Translations under genes and position numbers: made by a program
Assembly: GCF_009914755.1 (NCBI RefSeq)
Contig: NC_060936.1
Strand: one strand, 5' to 3'
DNA from: the human T2T-CHM13v2.0 reference genome, Homo sapiens
DNA length: 64,000 nucleotides
Notes under the pieces: generated by a model
What the model saw: only the letters and a program-made list of their open reading frames with translations
Told to the model about the DNA's origin: nothing
Database searches by the model: none
Part shown: positions 53,826 through 64,000 of the stretch, piece by piece
Layout of the letters: the number at the start of each line of letters is the position of its first letter
Position numbering within the stretch: position 1 is the stretch's first letter

Positions 53826-56800
53826 ATACAAATGTCAGAATCACAAATCCATAACTTTTGACCCCCTAACTACTGTTGCTACTCCTACTGCCAGCATCAT
53901 TGAGGGCAGTCTTGCTAATTACCCACTTTTCATTTTACCTGTTCTCCAGGGCCCAACCTGTCTTCCTTCTTTTAGTTGGCTAGGCTGGGGCCCCTGTGAC
54001 CTTCAGGTGTTCCTTATACCTCTTCCTGAGGGTGGCTTGAGCTTTCCGGTCTGTTCTTCTTTTCTTCTGGGCCTGAGCATGAATTTTGTCTCTTTAGGTC
54101 TTACTACCACAGTGGAAGGAGGAAACAAGTTTAGTAAATGAGCACTAGAGCTAATCTGAACTAAACCTCTGTGCTTCCTTTTGTGTTCCCTCCCCCAGCT
54201 AGTTCCTGCCTGACCTCAGATCAGAAAGAATCCCCTGGCCAGTTGTGAAAGACTGGTCCCTTGAGGGAGACAAATCCAGTAGTCAGCCAAAGGGAAGGAT
54301 AAGGAAGAGGCAGAGTGCAGGAAAGTGGGTTTTCTTATGTTCTGTTGTTCTTTCTGTGCGTTGACTCTCTCTAGGTATCCTAATTGTATCCTGAGGAAAT
54401 CGTATTTTTTTCTGTTACCTCATCGGTGTTCCTTGTTCCTGAGGAGGCATGAGTAGAGGGTGAGAGTGAGCATCTCCATGACTCACAGTGGAACTTCTGT
54501 TTCATAGCCGAGTAAACTGAGGCTGGTGAGAATCAGTGACTACAGTCAGACAGCTATTTAGTATTAGGTGAAGATTTTGAACTTAGGCCTTTTGGGCTGC
54601 AAGTCCAGTGTTCTACCCACCAAATTATTATGATTCTTAGTGCATGTGTATGTTACACATTTACTAGTTAGATAAGATAAACTTAGGCCTTGTATGTGGG
54701 GTTCACGTAGGGGCTATCACTGAAGCTAATCATTGTGTCCCATTACTCAGGTGTTTCTGTATATGGGGTTGAACAGCAGGAAAAAAAAGTAGTGGGGTGC
54801 AAACCAGGGGAAAATCTCACTAAAGTAATATTTTTTAAAAAGCAATCCTGTGACTAGATAGTCAAGAAGGGAAAAGTTATGGGTGGGAACAGGGAGCAGC
54901 AGACACATAGGTATAAAGGCAGGGTTTCACCTTGAATGGAGGAAGAACCCTAATTACAGGGAGATTACATCATCAGGTGTTTGGAAGCCTCTGCCTGTGA
55001 AATGACATTCTTGGCAAATGAATGAATGTGTCATGCACTAATTAAAATAAAGGAAATAAGGAAACTAACATTCATTTAGCCTCAGCTATGCTGTGGGCAC
55101 TCTGATAGGTACTTTCATGTTTATTATCTTTAATTACCGCAGCAAAGTATTGTAGACATTATTATCCATACATTTGCAGCTCGATCAGATCAGCCACAGT
55201 CACATAGCAGGTGGCAGAGCAGAGGCCTATACCCAGTGATGTCATTCCAGAGGTCATTTTGTGAGAGGACTTGGCTGAAGGAAAGCTACAGAATGGATGC
55301 CTGTGTCATCCTTGATCACCCTGATAACACATGCACTTATCCTTCTCAGACTTTCTTCTCAGACTCAGCAGAAAACTTGGCATCATTCCCTTGATAACTT
55401 TTGTTGCCCTTCTCTGGACCTAATTTCATAGTCTTTGTGGTAATTTCTTGTTAAAGAAAAATCAGACACAGCTTCTTTTGTCTTTTATCTTTTCTCCATT
55501 AGGAGTCATTAGGCTAAGTCATGCAAAGACGAATTTCCGCAGGACAAAATGAAGCATATCTTCCCTATAGCTCATTAAAACCCAGAGCCCAAATCGTTAA
55601 GCCATTGAACTTTGTCTGTTGTGAGAGAAATCAGGGAACATAGAACTTTGGTGTGTAGGGTATAAGGAAGTATGCGGGGCAGTAAGGAAAGGGGAGAAGG
55701 AGGCGAGGGGCCCAAACACCTGGGGACCAAGTAGGAAAGTGGTCTGAGGGTGGAGACGAGGTCCTAGGAGTGTCTGGAAGGACTGTTGTCAGTTTCTCTC
55801 CTAGTGCTCAGGAGTCAAGCTGAGTCACAGGCTTTTCTAGCCAGCTGGTGGCAGGGCTGTGCACAGGAGGGCATCAGAAGTGATGTAAAATCCTCTCTTT
55901 TCAGTCTGGAGCAGATTTTTAAGTTTGCCCTCATTCTGGAAAGGAGAGGAGTATAACCGGGCTGATATCCTAAATTTAGTTGGAGAATCCTGCTCAGAGT
56001 CAGAACTTCTTTTGACCAAACTCAAAAGCTGACTTCAGAACCCTTGGGGAAGTTGTTCCTAGTATCACAGAGGCTGTAGTTATTAACAGCATGTTCGGGA
56101 AATGCTGGCTGCTACTTGAGCCACAGGTAAGGGAGCGTTTGGATTCCTGTCAGGGCGTGTTTCCAGGATGCTGCATGAATGACAGCCAATGGGGCAGAGA
56201 CTGATGTTCTTTTGAGGAGCCCACTTTTAGAGGTCATTCTACTTTTCAGAAGTGCATGTACTCCAGTGACTACAGCAGAATGCATTGGTGCCTGAACTGA
56301 CAGGCCTTTGAGTCAACAGAACCTGGAATATCTCCGAGGCTGGGCTTTGTGGTGTGGAGGATTTGACCACAGAGATTTAGACCTGGGAATTATGGCTGTG
56401 CTTGGGCTACTCTGAGTGAAACTCTTCTCCTCTCAGTTCTGACCACCTCCAACCTCTAGTAACTGAAGTCGGCCCAGAAAGACAAAGAAACCCAGATTCA
56501 CTTCTGTGAGTGATAAGCACATCTGAGAAAAAAGGCCTGGCAGTTGGACCTTCCGAGGTGCTGTCGGCTGGAGGAGATGAAGTGTGAGAAGTTGAGTAGC
56601 TACAGGCCTTAGTGGCCACTTAAGAGGGTTTGGCGAAGTCAGAGAAGGACCCTCTTTCAGAGACTCTGAAAGTCCATTGTCAAGGAGAGAGGTCTAGGAC
56701 CCTACAAGGTGGAGCTTCACTGTGACCTGTTATCATTGAGGTGGCCAAGGGCACATGCAGGCACTGTAATGGGGAAAAGGGCCCTGGCTTCTTCAAGAGT

Positions 56801-57749
56801 GGGGAATGTGAAGGGCCTCTTTGGGACATGAATCTGCCTTGGGCAGCCAGAATCTTCAATTTCAGAACTATTGATGATGGTGGAAGCAAAATAGAAGGGA
56901 TCTGACATTCCACAGTCCTAATCAGTGAGTTGCCAGTGACTGCCATAATTAAGTTATTCTAAGGCAAATAGTTAAGCAAAGATTAAGTGGACGAGACCTC
57001 TGTAACTTGAGTATCTAAGTCTTCCTATACCAAGTTATATGTATTTTAGACTACACTTTTCTAAAGGTGTAGTAGAGACTAGTGAGGAGGTAGATACAAC
57101 ATCTGCTGTGTTCCCATATACCTGAGGCTCATGGAGAGTGGTGGCCTTGAACAGAACAAATGCCCTCTTAACCCGGTTCCTTTGGCGGTATGTACGTCCT
57201 GATACCTAAACAACGTTTCCTTTAATTTATTTTTTGGGTGTGTGCCAAGGCCTGTAGAAAAAGGCTGAGCAGAGGTTCTCTTGGAGTTGTTTTATCTGCT
57301 GAGACTTGCCAAATTAGAATTTGATGGCTTTGATTTCTGGGACTTCCTGATCATTTTTGAGGAGGAGGAGTTCCTAACTAAGCTGGAGGGCACATACTTT
57401 CTCCACATGAGTGGGGCACCCATGATGTCAGCGAGGACAGTGTCAGATAGATGCACAGCCCATCACCCAGAAACTAAGGTCTTGTAAGAATACCTTAGTG
57501 AATTGTGCCAGATGGAATAAATTCTGAATCCTTTATAAAGCATCTCTTTGGGAGAGTTCTTTCTTGTAGTGTTTAGGTCTCAATCCTCTCATGCACGAAA
57601 CTTCAGAATTATTTTGGAGGACTTTGGGGGGCGTTTTTCTTATATCTAGAAGAGGAATGTTTGGTGATGGAAATTACTCACTACACATAAGTGGTCATCT
57701 TACAGTTTGTTTGCATACTTTCAGTCTTCAAAAAAAGTGGGTTTAAGAT

Positions 57750-58360
57750 GGATTCTCAACCCCTTTTTGTGTCTGGCCTTCCTTACACTTTAAAAACCAT
57801 TTTTAAGGACTCCAGAGAACTTTAAGTTTATGTGGGTTGCAGGCTTTGGTACTTATTGTAATAGAAATGAAGACTAAAGTTTTATGAAGATACTTACTAA
57901 CTCATTTATTTAAAAATGATAAACTCATTACATGCTAACATAAATGACATTTTTATGAAAAATAGCTATTTTCTGAAACAAAACATTTAGTAGGAAGAGT
58001 GGCAATATTTACATTTTGGCAACTCTTTAAATGTATGGAGTTTAAATAAAAGACATCTGCTTCTATATTCAGTCTCTTGCAATATGTTGTTTTGGTTGAA
58101 GTAGATGAAGAAATCCGGCCTTGCATAGATAATGTAGTTGGAAAAGGGATTTTAGTAGCCTTTTCAGATAATTGTGGCTTTATCTGTGACATGACACCAA
58201 AACTTGACAAGTGGTAGATGCCTACGGGTTAGTTGCAACGTACAATCTGAAACTGTATTCATGAACTTTTCGTACTCTGGTATGTTAAAATCCCTTGGTC
58301 TCTCTTACACTCTGAATAGATCTTTTACAAACTGTGTGACCACATGTTGGTCATTTGGAG
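57750..58360. mobile_element. Charlie1-like hAT transposon fragment
   Basis: aggactccagagaacttt...tttatgtgggtt, gaagagtggca...ttacattttg, gttttggttgaagtagatgaagaaatccggcc and caccaaaacttgacaagtggtag. Confidence 0.7.
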
Positions 58361-58845
58361 CCTTCATGGAGTGCCTACCTAGATGAACATTAATTAGCGG
58401 GAATTGTACTATAAATTGTGAGAACATGTTGAGAAGGAGGATCTAGATCAGTGGGTGCTTAGCTAGTTTATTCAGGAAGGGTTTCAGCTGGGGCATAACT
58501 AGGGGGCAAAGAACATCTGTTACAGTAAAGGCAATGATGAAAATGTACTATTTGCATACTCAGTAATCTGAGGAGGTTGGGATTACAAGCCCATTTTACA
58601 GACAGGAAGCTGGTGCTCAGACAGTTGAGAGCATGATCTGAGGGTGGTAGGGAGAGGTGTTGAGCATAGAGCCGTGGCCCATTGTGTGTTTCATCACGGT
58701 GTTGTGCAGCTAAGCCCCATCCTCTGCTGAGTAGAGCTATGAGTCAAGTAGGCTTTAAAAAAAATAGTTTACAGACAAAGAACATTTTCATATTAAGTGT
58801 GAGGCCGATCAGGCACTTGCCAAGAACCACATTTAGCCTCTGAGT

Positions 58846-59002
58846 CAATGCTTCACAGACTATTGTGTGACCTGGGGATCCTGCTAAAATGCAATTCTGA
58901 TTTGGTAGGTCTAAGGTGGGGCTGAGGTTTTGCATGTCTGACAAGCTCCCAGGTGAGGCTGATAACGCTGCTCCATGGCTCAGTTTTGGGAATCAAATTT
59001 CC
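58846..59002. mobile_element. MER5A-like hAT MITE
   Basis: acctggggatcctgctaaaatgcaattctgatttggtaggtct...tgcatgtctgacaagctcccaggtga. Confidence 0.75.
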
Positions 59003-60832
59003 AGAGCCAGTTTACCATTTGTTCCTTAATACATGATATGAATGTTAATCCCAGTCACTCAGGCTTTGGAGAAGGAGAATGGAGGTGGGCGGAGATGGGT
59101 GGTAACTATGTAAAATTCTTTGTCAGTTAGGGCTGCCTGGTAATCAGCAACAGAAATGGACTCTAGCTAATTTAAGGTAAAAATGAATTTTAGAATGGAA
59201 GGGGACGTGGAGGAACCCAGTAGCGCTGGAGGTTCATAGTTGTAGGAACTGCTTAGATGTCTGTCCTGGGTGCTGTCACTAGCACATGTGAATGAACTCT
59301 AATTTTTAATGTCATCTTTGACTCTTCACAATTCAGAGTACGTGGAGAGAAGACTGGCTGGCTCAACGGAGGTCTGTTTTGTACCCCCTGACTGGACCAG
59401 GCACTGTAGTGAGAGGGAAGATCTGGGGATCTTGTCCTTCACAAGGGAGGATAGAAGAGCACCCTGATTTATCAGCCCATTATTGCCGCATAGAGAGGGA
59501 GAGGTAATCCCTGAACAGGAAGTTAGAGTGCAGTTAGGAAAGGGAAAGGAAAGCTCAGCAGGAAGGCTGACCTGTTGCCAGGCTCCTAAGCCATCTTTCA
59601 GTTAACAGTGTGCATTCCCTGTACTTACCAGGCAGGTACATTGAAGAAAGAAAGTATGTATTGAGCTTAAGTACTATAATAAATATGCATTGTTTTATGC
59701 AATTTTCAAAGCAACCTTAAGAGATGCAAGTATAGGTATTATTGAGGAAATGAGTCTTGGGGTTGAACAACTTGCTTGAGGTCACACTTAGTAAGTGGGA
59801 GAGCTGCAACTTGAATTACAAAGTTTCTGCTGCAGTATCATTTGTTGGCAGAAACTGCTGCTGCTTGGGGTAAAAGGTTGCTTCAAGTGGGCTGAGTGTG
59901 AGCATAAGTGGTGGAAGTTGGGGAGAATGTGTATGGACACACAGAGCTGGAGATGCATAACAATTCAAGATTTTGGAGATAGAATGCTCTGTAAAACAAG
60001 CTCAAATTTAGCTGTGTCTGTTAAGAGCTTCATGGCCTCAGGAAGGGCTTTCAGTCTCTTAGCTCTACCAGATTATGGCTTTGCCTGTGATGGGAAAGGA
60101 TACTTCCACGGAATGGAAATTTAAGGTGCGAAACCCAAGGAGAGCAGGCAGGAATGGGGAAAAGTGTTCATCTGGAAATCAGACAGAGTGGACAGAATGT
60201 CGTTGGGGGCGGGCTTTATAATTGATGGGTAGCTTTTGCAGTGGCCAATTAGATTGCAGGGCTCTGTCCTCATTGCCTGGCCAGGGAGGGAATGAAGCTC
60301 ATTCCTGCATTACCAGGACAAAGCCCACTTGTGTGTGATGGACGGAAGTAGGCTGGGTGCCCCATGTTATATGTATTATATACAAAACCCCCATTCACTC
60401 TGGCTAGTCTAATTGTGAAGCCACTGCTCACCCCTTCCCCAGGCTGCCAGCCACAGAAGTATGTATGTGTCGTTGACTTTTTGGTGTCAGAGGTGAAGAC
60501 TGTAGATACTGTTTGTGGTTTTTTTGTTTCCTTGGGAGACAGAAGCAAAGAATAAAACTCTTGTAAAGGAAAGGAAAAATAAAGATTTTCTATGAAATGT
60601 AATCTCTTAAGTAAAAATATTTAAGTGAAATCTGCAACTTCTTTTTTTGGACGTGATTAAAGGTGAAATGACTCCGGGTTTTTAGAGCTAAAAGGGCTTG
60701 GGTGAAGTGTGAAATAAGCACCATCCATTCAGCATCACCAAAGAATAAACAATGCCCCTTGTGTACATAGAGCCCAGATGGAGGTAAGGACTGTGATGGC
60801 AAAATTTCACTGAGAGCATGCCACATCCTCCT

Positions 60833-61279
60833 TGTAGTTTCCTTGGGCTGCTGTAACAAAGTACCACAAGCTGGGAGGCTTAAAACAATAGAAATTTATT
60901 GTCTCACAGTTCTGGAGGCTGGAATTCTGGATTAAGGTGGCAGCAGGGCCGTGCTCCCTTTGAAGGCTTTACAGGAGAATCCTTTGCCTCTTCCTAGCTT
61001 GTGGTGGTTGCTAGTAGTCTTTGGCGTTCCTTGGCTTGTAGACATATCACTTCACTCTCTGCAGTCATCCCCACGTGGCCTTTTTCCCTGTCTGTGTGTG
61101 TGTCTGACTCTCCATGTCCTCTCTTTTATAAGGATAGCAGGCATTGGATTTAGGGCTCACACTAACACATTATGATGTCATCTTAATTACATCTGCAAAG
61201 ACCCTGTTTCCAAATAAGGTCACATCCTGAGGTTCTGGATGGATATGAATTCTGGGGAGACACTATTCAACCCAGTATA
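60833..61279 (-). mobile_element. MLT1B/C MaLR solo LTR
   Basis: gggctgctgtaacaaagtaccacaagctgggaggcttaaaacaatagaaatttattgtctcacagttctggaggctgg...tacatctgcaaagaccctgtttccaaataaggtcaca. Confidence 0.87.
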
Positions 61280-64000
61280 CTTTTTGCCTTTCTTCCTTAG
61301 AGCTCCAGCTAATCCAGATGCAACATTGACGAATTAGTGCCGGAATGAGTATCAGCACTTGGTACTGCAATTAGAACACGGGGATTTGGCTGTTGATTTA
61401 TTTTTTGGGCTACACTGGGAGGGAGGCTCAGAGACGGTGTGGGTGTCTGAAGGAAAAAATACGTGTTAAGTGAAGTGAGGACTTCAAACGAAATCATACA
61501 GTTTTGGGAAACTGCATTGGATAGGGAATGCTGGAGCCAAAGAGTGTTCCCTGTTCCAGAAAGGGAGGTAACATTTGCAGGAGGGCTTCTGAGGTCAGAA
61601 GTTCCTCCTAGAAGTGCAGGGTGTATCAGCCATCTCAGGAGCTGATTTCCTGTGCAACTTTTTCTAATACCCCCGGGAGCCTTTCTTATACTTTATCCCT
61701 TTGTATGTTTATGGATCAGGTCCTTCCCACTCTTCGGCACCTGTGACAGGCTCCACAGGCTTCCAACACTTTAAATGCCTTCTGTTTTTCCTAAAAGATA
61801 GAGTCCTGAGCTTACAGGACTTCATAGGAAGACCTGTAAGTCTCTGTTGGTCTTTATAGGTGGACTACTATCTCCTGGGTGTCTTGTAACTGTAATGTTT
61901 ATATTTTTTCAGAAAACCCTACAGAGATGCCTTGGTCACTCCAGATAAGAGTTTCTGTGGCTGAGAGGCCCCACTGTATGACTCCTGTTTCTGCCTGCTG
62001 GACTTCACTTTCTGGGGCTTGGCATCTGATGACCTCTGTATACATGCTGTGCCTCCTGTTCTTTATGTGGCCACTTCACTTTGTCCTTTGGGTTTCAGCT
62101 TAAAAGTAGAGTCAACTAGAAATCTTCATTACCATGCTGAGACTAGTTAGGATGCCCCTGGCTCATCAGCTGTAATGCCTCTGTCAAAGCTCCACTCAAA
62201 CATGCTAGAACCATCGCCTTCCCCTCCTCAACTGTAAACCACAGAAATGCAGAGGCCCTGTCTGTTTTGTTCATCAGATCCTCCGGAGCATAGCTTACTG
62301 CCCAACAGATGCTGGGTGGTAAATAAATGTGGAATATGTGCCTGTGTGTGTGCAGCTCTGACCCTGTGCCTCAGAGGTCAGCTTCCAGGACTGTTGCCTC
62401 AATAACACCTCTCTTCCAAGTCTGTGTCAGGGTGGGCTGGCTTCTCTCATTGTCACTTATCTATGTCAAATAATCAACATGTGTTAGAGGACTAGGGATA
62501 TAGGGATCTTTCTATAAAACCCTTCCCATTAATTAAGGGACCAAGAAGTTAATGTGGATCCTTTATATGTTATGATTACTGGCTTAGTGCATCGTCTCCT
62601 GAGCCAGGGCCCTTTGATTATCTTTCTTAGAGAATCTTATCCAGCCCCTATGACACAATTGCCTGCTGTATGCATGTGGGGAGATGAATCACATGGTCAT
62701 CTCAACTCATTGCAGTTGGTAGTGGTTATTTTTGGTAGGGATTGGAGGCCGACATGTCATCTTCCCAGTTCTTTTTCACTTTTATCTTTCCCAGAAAGTG
62801 TGCCCTTATGCTTTGAGTGGCAAAATTATATACCACACATTCTGATAGATCTGGTTCTGGGTAGGAAATTAATTTGATCTCTGTTGAAATTGATTTTACT
62901 GTCAGAGTCTGCTATTGAAGAGGGGGATTATATATAGTTAGTGCTTCATAGGAAGACCTGTACTCATAATACTGCTGAAAGATCTGTGATACTTACAGGT
63001 TTCTTAAAATCAGAACAGTTGTCTCAAAAATAAGAAAATAGGTAATTTTCACTTGACTTTTATGACAAAGTAATTGTATAGTTATTTAAAAACGACTTTA
63101 GATTTTTCTGAGCCAGCAGTCCGAATTTCAGATAATGTATTCAAGATAAAAAAAGAAAAGCTCAGTCCAGACATCCAGAGAGGAGCGGTGTTGGGCTGAA
63201 TCTTAAGTAGGACATGGACACTTCTTCCATTTATAAAAGGAAGAAAGGGCTAGAGTCGGGCAGTACATGTACCTTGATAGTTTGGCTGGAATTGGAGGGA
63301 GTTCTCTGATGGGTTCTCCCTTTTCTGTGTGGCATTTGGTTTGAAGAGCAGAGCTAGCTGCAGGTCAGACATAGATTGAACATGGGGAAGGGGGCAATAG
63401 CCACATAGCAAGTTGGGGTGAGGTCACACAAGCATTCCTGAGGCTTGGAAGACCCAGCTGAGGGTATCACTGTGAAGACCTTGGTGGTCTATGATTCTGT
63501 TAGCATGTGAAGGTAGAGATTTGGATTGGGATAGGGGATGATTTCCTTTAGAAGGAAGGCCCGTTTGTCCTTTGACGATTCTCATTTGGCAAAAACTCAG
63601 TTTTGCAGAAACTTAGCTATCTGCCTTCCCCATGCAGCCCCTGAGGAACTGAGCCCTGGGCCAAATCCATGCCCACCCTCGATGCTGCTGGCAGTCTCCC
63701 TACGTTTCTTGGGTCATGCCACTCTCCCACCCTCCAGACAACCATCTCACACCACCTCTGTTCTCCTCAAACCTCCAGGCTCCCCATTGCCCTCTCCTTC
63801 TCAGCAGATGGCCTTGCTTCCTGCTTCCCAGCAGCCAGGGACTGTCAGTTTCTACTTAAACACACACACCACTTCCTACCTTCGCCTGTTCATAGAGGCC
63901 CGTCCTTCTCCTCTCCAGAGCTCATTCCTCTCGTGGAGCTTTGGATCCTGTCTCCATTGGCCCTTTCTGTTATTTCTTTTCTCTCCCATAGTTTAGTGGA

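Noticed and set aside
57003-57073. Two small adjacent hairpins (taacttgagtat/ataccaagtta and actacac/gtgtagt)
   Set aside because: Short imperfect stems compatible with chance; no ncRNA motif.

Overview
Human (primate) genomic DNA, recognised as the CCDC92/ZNF664 locus (chr12q24.31). The minus strand carries the whole CCDC92 CDS in four coding exons: 7742-7709, 6930-6784, 6222-6181 and 1267-495, totalling 996 nt = 331 aa + stop, with all junctions GT-AG and in phase. It also carries part of the 3'UTR and a non-coding first exon in a CpG island at ~35.5-37.6 kb. That island is a head-to-head promoter shared with ZNF664 (plus strand), of which only three non-coding 5' exons lie in the window; the zinc-finger CDS is beyond the right edge. 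The rest is intron with transposable elements: a solo LTR12C with 4-bp TSD, an LTR10-like solo LTR, MST/MLT1 MaLR LTRs, about 10 Alus, L1/L2/MIR relics and the DNA transposons Tigger4, MER3, MER20, MER5A and Charlie1. Almost all ORFs in the supplied track are spurious. I see no novel multi-gene system, CRISPR array or RNA gene. The best leads are cis-features: (1) a palindrome placing two opposite-strand 5' splice sites in one hairpin at the CCDC92 exon-1 donor; (2) 20-codon uORFs on both arms of the bidirectional promoter; (3) an antisense LTR12C promoter in CCDC92 intron 1; (4) a perfect 42-bp triplication; (5) several fossil templated-duplication and nested-Alu events. Repeat subfamily names come from recalled consensus sequences and need RepeatMasker/Dfam confirmation.
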